A stretch of DNA of 49,992 nucleotides, taken from NCBI GenBank assembly GCA_049642705.1, contig JBARPB010000068.1, forward strand, positions 1 to 49,992. The letters are read 5' to 3'. The translations under genes and the position numbers were made by a program. Shown here piece by piece: positions 22,301-24,486 of the stretch. Below the pieces are notes generated by a model that saw only the letters and a list, made by a program, of their open reading frames with translations, had not been told where the DNA came from and ran no database searches. The stretch is from Candidatus Omnitrophota bacterium. Lineage in GTDB: Bacteria > Omnitrophota > Gorgyraeia > JABMRN01 > RBG-13-46-9. The stretch's first letter is position 1, and the number at the start of each line of letters is the position of its first letter.

Positions 22301-24068
22301 TGGGCTTTAAAGGTATGCCTTCGTCATAGGACCTTCCAAGGGAGTAAACTATGGCTTCACGAAGCTGGCGATCATCGCCTGTATAGAAATACGCTCGCAC
22401 AGCCAATATATACTCCCCGGTCTCGAGAAGTTCTTCATACGGCTGTTTTTTATTCGTAAGAACCGCTATGTAAGGACGCTGCTCCCCGTCTTTGAATTTT
22501 GGCATTATAACAAGATACGAAAGGCCCTTTTCCTTCATGAGCGCGGAAAGCCCTTTCGAGTGGAAACCACCCGTTATTAGAGCCGCGACCTGCTCGTCGT
22601 TTTCCCTCATAGCGCGGATGGTGTTCGCAATCATGGCGTTATTTCGGCGCTGGGCGATATTGTAGAACTTTACCGCCTCGTCCATGTTGCCGAATATCAC
22701 ATCGAGGTCGTAAGTATGCTCGATGGGCAGTTTGTGCTTCAGGTAAGTTTTCTTGATAAATTCCGAAAGAAGCGTTCTGTCGAAATAGCGCTTTTTGCTT
22801 GTAACAAAGTCGTAATCGGCGTTGCTTAAAGAGATCTCGAAAAGCTTCTTTATCGTCCTTACCGCTCTTGTGAGGTTGTAAAGTTCGCGCTCTTCGTCAT
22901 TTCGGTAGATTTTCTCGCGGATATAATCCTCGAATTCCTCCACCTCCTGGAAAAGTGCCAGGAGGTCTATATCTTCGTAAATCGTTATATAGCGTGTAAA
23001 ATTAATCAGGTTAGAATATGGCTTGGGTGAAAGCTCGATGTCTTCGGCCAACCTTACGAGGTACCGGTGGAACTCGGCCTGGGAGATCTTCCCCATTTTG
23101 AAAGAGAGCGATTCAAGGACAAGTTTCTCTATTTCCCTTTTGGGGAGGACCCTCGAGAGTTCGTCTATGAGGAGTTTCCTCTCTTCGTTCGCTTTGTCAA
23201 AATCTATGCCTTTTTCGAGCTCTATGGATTTGAGCAGTTTGGAGAGGTTTTCAAATATGACGATTTCGATATTATTCCTTTTAGCCAGTTTCGCTATGAA
23301 GTCCCAGTGAGAGGTAAACGCGAGTTTGCCGTCATGGTGAAGAACGGAGTTTTTATTAAGCTGCCTTAAATCCTTGGAATAGACCTTGGGCGCGAACGCT
23401 TTCAGCGTGCTTAAAACTGCCTCAATATTGCGTAGGCTCTCTATCTTCCCCTCCATCACCGTATTAAGGGCTTCGATGTTGGCTTTGTATAAGGCGTTAT
23501 CCTCGATACCGTAAAGCCGGATGGGTTTTTCGGAAACAACGGAGAAGAATTCGCCGGCTGACATCTTGCCCTTTCGCATGAGGTATTCGGCGGTTTCTTT
23601 GCGGATTTCGGCATCCGGGAAGGTCCGAAGAAGCGATATATCTATCGGGCCTTCGGCGCCTTCAAGGGCTATTAGGTCAAGGTCGTAATTTGCGGCAAGC
23701 GTCTGGAGTATTTTTACAATCGACTGCTGGGCTGATAGAGAGGCGTGGGCGTCCTGTATGTTGATGACGACTTCGTCCCCGCCGTTGGAAAAGGCGTCCT
23801 GGGCGATGCCGGCGTCGTAAGGTATCTTTATTCCGTTAAGCCGGGCTCTTCCATTCAGCGTGATCTTCGGCTTGGCCTGGTGCCATATCGGCGTTCCGCC
23901 CTGTGCCCGTGTTATGTCAGACAATAGAAATGTAAAGATTAATATATATGCTAAGGTTTTAAATAAAAAGGCATGGCGCTTTCTCCAATCCGCCATGCCT
24001 TCATTCTTTGTCTGTGCTAATCTGCGTTCCTCATCTGTGCTAATCTGTGTTTTCTGCCAAGCTTTCAT
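1..24068 (-). CDS. Giant multidomain envelope protein, 3'-partial (>=8,022 codons in window; frame runs off the left edge)
   Basis: Not on the supplied ORF track because it has no in-window stop. The ATG at 24068-24066 has AAGGTG 7 nt upstream and an in-frame upstream TAA at 24140-24138. I hand-translated the minus strand in the frame whose codons begin at + coordinates divisible by 3, at 3-182, 2091-2762, 4980-5039, 7500-7559, 12000-12059, 14523-14642, 16500-16559, 18870-19127, 20343-20462, 21420-21479 and 23900-24068. Every stretch was protein-like, in the same frame, with no stops. No minus-strand ORF is listed between 334 and 24228, which fits one unbroken frame. An alternative start is M25 (ATG at 23996), which aligns with the start of the paralogue. 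Confidence 0.85.
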   Translation of the reverse strand, partial: MKAWQKTQISTDEERRLAQTKNEGMADWRKRHAFLFKTLAYILIFTFLLSDITRAQGGTPIWHQAKPKITLNGRARLNGIKIPYDAGIAQDAFSNGGDEVVINIQDAHASLSAQQSIVKILQTLAANYDLDLIALEGAEGPIDISLLRTFPDAEIRKETAEYLMRKGKMSAGEFFSVVSEKPIRLYGIEDNALYKANIEALNTVMEGKIESLRNIEAVLSTLKAFAPKVYSKDLRQLNKNSVLHHDGKLAFTSHWDFIAKLAKRNNIEIVIFENLSKLLKSIELEKGIDFDKANEERKLLIDELSRVLPKREIEKLVLESLSFKMGKISQAEFHRYLVRLAEDIELSPKPYSNLINFTRYITIYEDIDLLALFQEVEEFEDYIREKIYRNDEERELYNLTRAVRTIKKLFEISLSNADYDFVTSKKRYFDRTLLSEFIKKTYLKHKLPIEHTYDLDVIFGNMDEAVKFYNIAQRRNNAMIANTIRAMRENDEQVAALITGGFHSKGLSALMKEKGLSYLVIMPKFKDGEQRPYIAVLTNKKQPYEELLETGEYILAVRAYFYTGDDRQLREAIVYSLGRSYDEGIPLKPTMKRWLRLFTYDYYAFSEVVRKWIGEGKRPITPKQLAKMFGFELRVKFKEEGKIESGIESVEITEKPGEKSGFSVESVRVGGEKVIVVRCTNEKGETEIEIALTKNEKGEYNIDLVSPQAKRILERREVKPEIEKLISREKETRKSTLDLLNCKNSETKEKRDKIIRSIRSKIIDNNGALREGVDIENVIVRVLRAKRYGIPNNWRDDPELVKGIRDITVIVRQAINFKDKENWALQRNPENDWEDLYVFNAGAIEIDGKIYLVYRALGTRDNKSRFGLAIIDIENGTTERFSDPIYEGKKAWEINGVEDARITEENGEIIIYFTALSGELGYRDDHKDVPKYPIFRPAIASISIEDFKNRNWEAWKRGGIIKFTDGTNPDWFKNFVPLADGYAYVRPTNTLKDKKTWLILKSKKGPLGPWEVLKGENGEPVKITPECWWEGKDSEGWFGPGTPPIRVKDPDGKEVEVIFTHGTTVKEDIPIYRIGAKVFDPENPTELRTTTEPLIDIPLEEIIKDEQEIRELKEKGEINVPNIRFTTGAVWLGDGKFALFYAKNDMDTRVAIITLKDIYDKLTPAPAPEAPALEFAPPVEGGYLYIDRLREIYREAIRQLGRDDIKDALVIGSALYLADKDGKVPVAAVSDIDIAVVVSSDAKLDEVTKAINDELGHILAGLAEQIKVPERSILYTHYGSYVTILTEDGRSVNLDIMLAFGENVKEAVHFIAKEFYEDILRPEEEPGVVSFVKAYLRMEYLIGDTERFNRIRERFLEDPSGSAAGIIQEIKESGRQAELAKIIEGNREEIIATIEAGLRRKTGLVTEAPRRAPPAKGGKFMTWLIVGGTLLLSVSPALAGEAAKQGELFLSLHTVLSFIAFVLAGIAIRYLSITPLKKYFLKQYKKLSLTAGVVSFVLLLSLFNISETRFARSVKDFARTPVANVKLFINSVLREIPWRKVASGIEYARVNVANTGIPGEAIILGKSARLEIVRYSDLKNFTPADGYTVYGVFNTAPQVNDKHTTLVGAKGKVLRKRNPVSTRAGGAFYIKYPSGSVRIIKNTDAEFNAFVNGRNFGIAVQAGPLVKENGNIIGNLPKESTSRIYVGVNSQGDTTKIIKVGEGITGYGNVKYVLDAYFRDCPNVMLFDAGQSDITKINREGLPVSNIDLRDKNLCKNLYCLVVTGKPVALPMRSVVPSILFSAGIAQAIYGLATDGTVPAQGVTQASFGGNFVVLTAAALVIGTVFYIFERLMTIWIERKFREIRSEIKKAIEIAGRDVDGKTHTKLVLIKDNLVRRIQTVTKIIKLLTPYRSKRIRDAIDGVTADYNRLRKELEKKIPQKKPPEGTGRNALLWFITIGAGLAAFFGGEVALQAAQSATEGLKVAGGNLSTLLLAATVALAINISILAFRDRAKIRTYFSQRKLRKAGKKLAHLKAELERAFAKDMKEKNLNFEEMTAEMLRPKYRMLLNHPDYLIDKPELEEELCNYIARVLTLKKAGMDISFLKRMKDPSYYRDRLIRMNAGLLERKIALLKALNLSVKPDILLYSIDKIQKRAGALHRYGLPVTDTTIRYSEKKIIPAAIESHIATITAKWIAPKERRQLAVLLGRILTATPYALSGEDAMAEMAAGKLQWVGQESQEKFLRQFEPLVGLVRDGTLTDERRTKLFELFARIQDGDLKPYLKTNLTPEETKAFTQLSRKFISGPEEKEAAASVLYRAIRLPGGGEAFKEAIKSERLTPQRRIHILRLLKEEKNLYLRSRVAVQKAVIAGLRYAKSKNSAFLKEIQVIADAMEAKDNHFFANEARIFAARHDEYVLGVMGIREFKEEHIEIFRAVSISLRRLFPGTTPYSKILAKYGRRDIWAGIKESLSRFDMIRNLNVFEGRFAFVKTAIVILAVIMLIPAILLAPTTATSAISPHAGDTGLDIGEAHPALDVTPDISAPLSELLPAIEPTVEEKSGEAIDLERKIDEISAFMARQEEIIANMDKKASELSSEKMRVNRLRNVLDTLCGRLDQREAEKEELEKERESLAAREEKRPAEAAILHAPQEINIVGIEDFGLSNALRTALSGVLTNLAEKGHVFTDSARGGTPRVYVYRDGFGNKTSPGEKAYEIWNRGENPTIFVCTGASSDDIVSSYRRFAELGGDRKDAILVFIDGNKGFLAAKGGLPPGIKVLNFHTADSGTYGPMEGAENVRLRGVSHWGVLKDKAVQAMIADELAKALTAAAPPTAVSEEKPAEEAFRSMQLAALEGKMRALEFETGLLRKTILSLADTEDTEGKLASLREDSKKLGEELLRTQEELEKAQAELQILRIIQEAPKAEEKISASPLTAAEKFFDRITARRQALEREVERIQPEESEEKLLTDAESAARAELISILRAKNIEPWDISDNDLAQILGRTVEILLRKSGNDKLATAEKIETRSRQFKDTVKSVMNEIQKESKGRDAAQQFISMLNTALIEAGWFTAYEKIIVPVEREVTPAVMTIPKPKETLQPTEPLGRKELITLALYYRFTTEKEREKWGTAENWMQYAAERDEGDFRKFVEENTDVKIRDLESEISDKERGITLDLKLGASLLRGAFGGLELRIPIFDTSRVPRENLQVLKGHEIRLVTMKEYVDVLFEVESAIARYKLTQRNLEKAERDLAGAKNTHELAMKRQKDGIEESVDEARLLLKKAEAALEGAKKEKDDALKNITSLLGLRIRKDRVILSKKLIDEDMLSASSRKETAEILGEMGLAYTEKAEDTLLVQMARTEKLISETSMKLAQTAGDIKATLILRPEASNVLGWMGSGIFAEFSKEDRENPYRLLLLYLSEVSDYWNELSSIQRQLDTAGAELAYARSEFERFDEMAKGALGKYNAILQSDYRTNLAGYGEVEMAKNDLMQALNRREAALASYKASHDKICMLTVGIEKEIRDRLEEYEQKTRDGEKLYRRHGREAKKVLGPIMSIVEASEAFPIEPGFAYQEALKFERDIEDKYSEARRNARVGTRFLIFPRTKFYHVFEEEDGTISKVECNRDWKKTLDLLGAQLLYARRARKMLEPVDEAKLENMNLKSLIVMARDRRHDRMQAEISSEAAEIRYEDKFKEARLPGSNVKLRKVQAGWPFLGTEFEVKRGEKEKLELYGLDWELRQQAIRSIDNDIAQSIASAYSDLCKAYALHFNWEQSVLESQPLWMVKAKRVLTEFDRNNIDTKGLREGLEKMEGIAEKIRITEDKEFADLLNEWGEEAEKILEGVLSLSGQMRFKGVLDAVKELYRAQIEYEFAIAQRYENLEIIRREESNLKEIVGLDEHAELGIAFADSLRGKRPDAIARELSDRLEAFIKNNYDYEIYFDGADLNILIAEKCLEIANKNPNFRFMFSLDFTAKAGGTGVDLWQGVIRKDRRIDIESAKKWLEKAKRDRRDLLITTLNKRNMNRWHLENTERILAIYMGRLSRAEDTLSDLKKKYGNDVERIYLDEILKASIAVRSQVGLALAGAIDRAIAEIYRSEYETLGKELDEEDLRKKAITTIDEDARDRAELAREESKIEKLFVFAKGIDASFQLSVTQPETGPLEYNMSLGAAYRIDFLDEDIPIARKHLEVREYELSQRNFELRQALITKVNEMLAAAQAIKIAEIRIERTEKFLDTIAARARNLTLYFKGDEKGIRGAEDAVAMAERDLAIARERFESAKSDLLDLLKTVDATGIRIPIFGGRIMSEFEKEKVDTKEREAYEAYANELERVNKAKKGIFYWFGHWHRHKHDVKDYSGRTITTIDVHSKDEPKLNQLQETWLEARWNSFSGEVRLPDMDKFVVMALKEDPTLNSINAERAVLLMEKAALGGEGILGRIIPKGPEGSSRLSILGSAVAGSGGASLTWDMGMEWSIRLIGNTEKEKVRIKELMQHELERLEEQKRLEVENRIDAMVDSINYTARRCVLAAERAGLAMELLSEKWDEFENIPDKTLWSGIHKVAEELSSAEIEYTESVDALNNARFAHKNAVDNLVEYARLLGIDEGKIFRSPTTFETPAVQFVKEEVKPARATEVRKEIEEKKREIAGKKLRIGMLRFLENNRGIITPFIPAFMPEAEEPYEARNWDIPQTETRIRQPAPDLSAYAGAEENIRVLYDILINETLDWTRQHEVPGKERFISFEDFARLIIENEDSTTLIGQSKGDYAEEIRYKEMVTKKIVENWNNFFKRVAREKIGDFIDGIAEKHKLSLSESERKDLTGFILGEIGTVYMVDVSGIEREVAGEIKYSNLVKPSDIRGIFMSIKSDCTMFPFLSGYEGLLTHEAKGYMGVNTVRLLGLIDHYSGQAMDSLQEGIPVNILDAIDRDWQVIQEKLVDWFRNPETWYEGKGYKGEDPGDFIKTLRIMRNDTRKYRFQRMDDERYWKYLRMVAKKALERLRPGRTYHLYGDLKAAGAEYSFAVMFLSNRYMKNPSGATISDYKRLDLFTDLCVEIQTDVEKFNYIRYVGKINHLLGRLIGKDGKAKINERALNQLLDHIERGINGEYENMRKSDFVEIGRLVGRYKRLEREGKPVHEEDKKAIVMKIQEIMDQLEIGKVLSTADFLIELHTKTLPSARDLEKEDDNMGWIKLGLETFKVKAGDNGSVILIPREGESVVIKPTDRIFERNGVTHIVEKDSAERLTISPDISEEATINALSKELKTIYKNIALVKRPVEKFLERKMDAANPDDFGLLYFYAIEVVVKEGISIPDLDQRLTRMKGIMPGAQEFYRKPLERLLNLDSPKDAGKLMALERSMRTRENQAGVIEERKEPITEEEMNAMLRCAAQTIEKIEKILINGRFAIKGHALSEGELCNLIKKAEAEEDNELMGEVMGTILSIAENIVRPDDRDLSKLPLAEKMKKGIEQIDRTIAIQDGFNEYIRRIMEEAAPLPATPTAPAEAMSEAEKTEALKSYFKDAFNAMKRMISKSGIPIDKYKVARGKIVPLQTTTSPTNIGMGLISFVAARDLKIATEDEARSAILKMLKTMEKMERHKSGLFYAWYETKGLGIPTIEDYYLPSIDNANLTACLKIVSEAYKNDATEEGKEIKRVADSIIKSQDYTILYDRDRKLLVGGMLGDSKETWHPAGTLGSESRLNSQILAAMGKIDRDSILSSDIEIRNYKLLTGEEIPVLATWDGGAFQLCLPNMLVAEDTNPVMKMLINNYRRVIEDQGKRRNILGLSIAAFHSACETKRKYSGEKGTSLLAQNRAALMFGPQYTQWQAHLSPHALFLTCDRDFVLDNLVKLRQAVPEVYSEDTGLADAVNIKNRAVIPARLSLNEGMTIGSIYRMLDPKGLGLARYLYESDIGENLKDILAMQDEALARAIEEGAEPLEFDYYGMNQGRYLGTLKAWAEFTIEFTIDNEPQFMVDGKFSPEEMEKFFITMADIYKAAETNWKQLEMEALPYYARLVDRLRKEYDKPDLAVEEVFKNIDAAQKAKEDASIRLLEELKDKKDWKWDVSKEKKEEIRDYIEELGLEAVNDQEAVYFGTDYIVSKGIETREELVQDIEKRIYIQAVYMAYNKRTIIVTPEVKSVLIRCIQDLKLKDAEKKIKEILETGIITIPQRLEAGKVGNLMTLLERTRGYTKETIGKFIDCAAYFRERERKLRDKIRGKYNKDVADLIPEATEAEVWGFVVRMHSRGLPKDYMDNTFDDIEVVQEQEYRTQGRFFNWCNIYSILYQVRGGDEKKLDIHELRREIRRFETTYHSEWAFMPLGRFEDYRYLLQKWIVVFGETMTKDELENRVKHFEKLEQILSGERGKNQGMTEGKITRAKGELVESVRNVSKGFTDLAAPLIYKEGKRREGDIIALIRPQLKTLEGFMWPLLVEKIAGVQQRKWECEDRMSEGIIYNEVLEKYKEKIATERARRARKLRMMLQDAVTGKEERMRLIESLRRKAEENAGVELTDGEISFYIDDKMLTVGYSEDEVIYKFVTIPEMVIRLYAEVYNNGRELSKQQRLFASGLARLVSDKVDFIGSRYEKQILDEIKTRLKMELIIAVNEENLPPGRKKNLEAKMEKIDDLSLKAILEQEMRNLGSIFKLKEYLNRALGKEEGIGLEITEDQKQLMANNAFANGLEQKDLENWIAAIKKVKEEMERLGIPVDQKMLAKIAYTTDNWFSLGVAKLPKEEKPDEAAIGEVLTRELPRLKDPSILLKKEEIKKQMVKRKINPVVIKMLVDRTLEMDALRQKAISDNEKKDKFSDRTAAPRLTFDLLTHMNLRDIMVYLDSQNTFADENIGLADEDIFNYDKKFLEENLSRPINVMHKIAQEELLTEAVDKEVWQESWSWLEKKRTWAYEYLRNNPKLSTLLLAGAILSLIFIYGIIYGVLSRKKLTTKHEPKSSDKAGTGKPTTESLLKMRDTVSDKQAEVTTKRKMITAIIAGLSVAGAGYLFYPAILYILSNPTLLISIVISAVVTFAIAVHKLYKWNKSPPWRGLTKPKGADLKEFRDEKEKDIILRQHLPFKLVLIFCTSLLTTLAISIVNFNAITAASYFVLPIWSATFIYLVTIIIDIYLLKFIVWIVGNILNMVPDLKSPIEISKISDDKSFVMINPLRPINNDQLRGVINKNVQVLKDINSENVVSVLILQAVGNSEALYKQYYDILKELVYENPDLANRPDVKDRFYVFCMKGVAKPHNFYKVFRWLNRENEENDPVTKDFIFGVKTQDLVPGNVTTGNDGIPHVGEGDGKYGIIATAEGLKNLRRLRGETSDDGKPLLANGSILDSDNFATSDTVLRMINTMNDDYMVWQPRIQFYNAPQSLYAYVMKHTPNNALGNFSQTAATLAEGGVRSFGKYFFRVKPYYHVEVAGNQFQSMYKLDRKYLQSEDAYHGIFGRVGYVPKAIIYEATPTSYMSELEREETKWLPTFDIRNFIYLHGKRNKFLKWQKKYAEQLIKTAEEEGNTLQGLQDFLVNNKSAILSLGVAETDYNKALKACNDSIRIYREYSEDDASESIRGECAEKMRGPYVNVYTFLRDEVRGKKLRTLSRRRRKEFASFAEELEFRLRPQKEILETTITLIDQSVKPKLPLRGEYSESLVTRGMFSEPIWAIQLIFTFYAMLRPGVFEIAFPFVGEIIFLVIMILLIHPKFTGPLTNYIFGIVEPPLTPFGTGRTAKPFNVLASFIIHDIPIGVFELVSSTTVYLMKLVLKPVQLWHGFKGTKEEVKSHAKGQKSAGTWPSFLETSANPPLFDYIVKFRWSLAIGLSTVFMAISGAPIAGMLFLTPKAVMVTSIIAAAVLGILPAYRKFRDTIKERRETKDYKAKRKLWRSVYLWPIIESVIIAAVLIMPPLLASQLTNFVPVDLVLRAATILVAAFIFGPGAAWLMGAPKGEKDKTKLNPPEFLKAGRTKWYAIAGGAAFMIVGVYLTLAGISSLTPIMSSIMPGGDGATGVFLPVFGKLLRLPWYFAMFFNAIIGGAVLLGTLGYFFGVIEQFILRPRKGMKVRGELISEERISQFNAW
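1700..2760 (-). other. Processive GT2 glycosyltransferase domain, OpgH/MdoH-like
   Basis: Codon-by-codon translation of 2091-2762 gives FVMINPLRPINNDQL..VVSVLILQAVGNSEA..DRFYVFCMKGVAKPHNFYKVFRWL..NGSILDSDNFATSDTVLRMINTMNDDYMVWQPRIQFYNAPQSLY. Downstream is SEDAYHGIFGRVGYVPKAIIYEATPTSYMSELEREETKWLP. This matches the OpgH-type order: rifYRrR..n.K.GN, the LDaDs (DxD) motif, iiQt.P, then an E..P.....RW-like motif. Multi-TM regions lie on both sides. Confidence 0.55.
6500..7620 (-). other. (alpha/alpha)6-barrel glycoside hydrolase-like domain related to the central domain of cyclic beta-1,2-glucan synthase (NdvB/Cgs) and GH144-type beta-1,2-glucanases
   Basis: Translation of 7500-7559 gives VARGKIVPLQTTTSPTNIGM. 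Downstream comes HKSGLFYAWYETKGLGIPTIEDYYLPSIDNANLTACL, which I compare with the sPTNiGl and G.l.NWYDT.t..pl.p.YVStVDsGNLa..L motifs I recall from NdvB/Cgs-type proteins. Further on are LATWDGGAFQLCLPNMLV and LSLNEGMTIGSIYRML. Confidence 0.5.
10400..14650 (-). other. Array of TolC / outer-membrane efflux protein (OEP)-like repeats (at least four)
   Basis: Hand translation at 14523-14642 gives ERGITLDLKLGASLLRGAFGGLELRIPIFDTSRVPRENLQ, followed by long helices ending ...ALKNITSLLGL. Further units include MSLGAAYRIDFLDEDIPIARKHLEVREYELSQRNFELRQALITKVNEMLAAAQA...AIARERFESAKSDLLDLLKTV (about 11290-11700) and GGASLTWDMGMEWSIRLIGNTEKEKVRIKELMQHELERLE...NNARFAHKNAVDNLVEYARLLGI (about 10380-10830). 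Each unit has a beta-strand pair with a PlFDgg-like turn followed by Ala/Leu-rich coiled helices, which is the TolC family repeat pattern. Confidence 0.5.
18860..19540 (-). other. Phosphodiester glycosidase (NAGPA/DUF2233)-like domain
   Basis: Codon-by-codon translation of 18870-19127 gives NAFVNGRNFGIAVQAGPLVKENGNIIGNLPKESTSRIYVGVNSQGDTTKIIKVGEGITGYGNVKYVLDAYFRDCPNVMLFDAGQSD. This resembles the aGPlLv.nG ... R...G ... LDGGGS pattern of NAGPA domains. Hydrophobic segments flank it at about 19560-19830 and 18600-18720. Confidence 0.4.
20100..20520 (-). other. Pol-beta-fold minimal nucleotidyltransferase domain
   Basis: Codon-by-codon translation of 20343-20462 gives DDIKDALVIGSALYLADKDGKVPVAAVSDIDIAVVVSSDA. 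This is the hG[GS]-x(n)-D-h-D-h NTase signature. Confidence 0.55.
20590..21610 (-). other. GH130/DUF377-like five-bladed beta-propeller domain (glycoside phosphorylase/hydrolase-like)
   Basis: Hand translation gives ENWALQRNPENDWEDLYVFNAGAIEIDGKIYLVYRALG..SRFGLAIIDIENGTTERFSDPIY..GVEDARIT..IYFTA..GPGTPPIRV..IYRIGAKVFDPENP..NIRFTTGAVWLGDGKFALFYAKNDMDTRVAIITL. This follows the FNpGa..dG...l.YRa / S.iGlA / EDpRi / YTa / pP / Y..G..l.D..nP / v.f..G.....l.iYYG.aD blade pattern of GH130. Confidence 0.55.
22000..23915 (-). other. Conserved ~640-aa N-terminal module shared with the 1,021-aa ORF; possibly a Tiki/TraB/ChaN-like fold
   Basis: Alignable with aa ~20-660 of ORF 24487-27552. Shared strings include GGTPIWHQAKP, VVINIQDAHASL, LIALEGAEGP, KMSAGEFF, RNNIEIVIFENLSKLLKSIELEK, ITGGFHSKGL and MPKFK[DE]GEQRPY. 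The paralogy is seen directly. The fold assignment (QDAH...EGAEG plus a C-terminal TGGFH, like the GxxH motifs of ChaN/TraB/Tiki) is weak and by eye. Confidence 0.6.
23916..23972 (-). other. N-terminal signal-anchor / transmembrane helix of giant protein 1
   Basis: Hand translation gives ...DWRKRHAFLFKTLAYILIFTFLLSDITRAQGGTPIW: a basic stretch followed by about 19 hydrophobic residues. The paralogue at 24487-27552 has the same layout (MKTWYKAIAFILLFAFLFYDISWTQGGTPIW). Confidence 0.6.
24011..24047 (-). repeat. Perfect 14-bp direct repeat TCTGTGCTAATCTG x2 (+ strand reading), period 23 nt, at the extreme 5' end of giant gene 1
   Basis: Copies lie at 24011-24024 and 24034-24047, separated by cgttcctca. 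The period is not a multiple of 3, so the two copies are read in different frames (QIST versus RLAQ). This points to a nucleic-acid-level site rather than a coding repeat. Confidence 0.6.
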
Positions 24069-24140
24069 TTTAAACACCTTTTTAAATTTTCTAAGAAAGT
24101 AGTGAAAAAAAATATTCTCATTTTCACCATCAACGCTTTA

Positions 24141-24171
24141 AGTATAGCATATTTTTCGTCTTGAATGGCAA
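24141..24171 (-). promoter_or_regulatory. Candidate sigma70-type promoter with extended -10 (TGCTATACT) for giant gene 1
   Basis: The minus strand reads TTGCCA-N19-TATACT with TG at -15/-14 (24141-24149 = TGCTATACT). The -35 spacing is poor at 19 nt, but an extended -10 can compensate. It lies about 70 nt upstream of ATG 24068. Confidence 0.35.
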
Positions 24172-24187
24172 CAGTAGGGTAATAGAA

Positions 24188-24209
24188 ATGTAACAATTAT
24201 GTAACAAAT
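24188..24209 (-). promoter_or_regulatory. Tandem 11-bp direct repeat (ATGTAACAATT / ATGTAACAAAT on +; TTGTTACAT x2 on -) upstream of the candidate promoter
   Basis: Seen directly at 24188-24198 and 24199-24209. The one-helical-turn spacing and the position about 40-65 nt upstream of the -10 are typical of an activator or response-regulator site. Confidence 0.35.
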
Positions 24210-24378
24210 GGGGACGTTTCACTTTGTCCTATCTTCTTATTTTACAATAGGTTATGACAACAACTGGTACATTTTTTAAAAAATTTTTAAAATTCCTGCC
24301 CACAAATCGGTTTTTTTGTCGTCTATATATATGAGGGGGCTGAATAAGATAAAATATATAAATCAGGAGGTGATTTAT

Positions 24379-24409
24379 GCCCGTAAGCTGCTTGGTACAG
24401 CCTACGGGC
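24379..24409. other. Strong stem-loop (11 of 12 bp stem, 7-nt loop) in the intergenic region
   Basis: GCCCGTAAGCTG-CTTGGTA-CAGCCTACGGGC, read directly, with a single A/C mismatch. It can fold in a transcript from either strand. Confidence 0.5.
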
Positions 24410-24459
24410 ATAAATGTTTTCCCCGCCATAGCCAAACACAATAAGTATTTGGCGAAGGC

Positions 24460-24484
24460 GGGGCGAGGCAACCTCCCCCTTTTT
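24460..24484 (+). terminator. Intrinsic-terminator-like hairpin plus T5 tract, oriented for the + strand
   Basis: GGGGCGAGG-CAA-CCTCCCCC followed by TTTTT (24480-24484) on the + strand. On the minus strand it is preceded by A5 and has no U tract after it. It sits 3-27 nt downstream (in the minus sense) of the stop of ORF 24487-27552, so it may still act as a 3' stabiliser or weak terminator for that gene. Confidence 0.3.
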
Positions 24485-24486
24485 GA

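Noticed and set aside
373-24102. Dozens of + strand ORFs (60-370 aa) on the supplied track across the first 24 kb
   Set aside because: All lie antisense to the uninterrupted minus-strand giant frame. Their translations are low-complexity Ser/Leu/Phe/Ile-rich strings, typical of the antisense of Lys/Glu-rich coding sequence. None has a recognisable motif or a convincing SD. They are shadow ORFs.
24229-24471. Minus-strand 80-aa ORF in the intergenic region
   Set aside because: It spans the AT-rich promoter and hairpin region, has no SD, and has odd composition. It overlaps structured elements that explain the sequence better.
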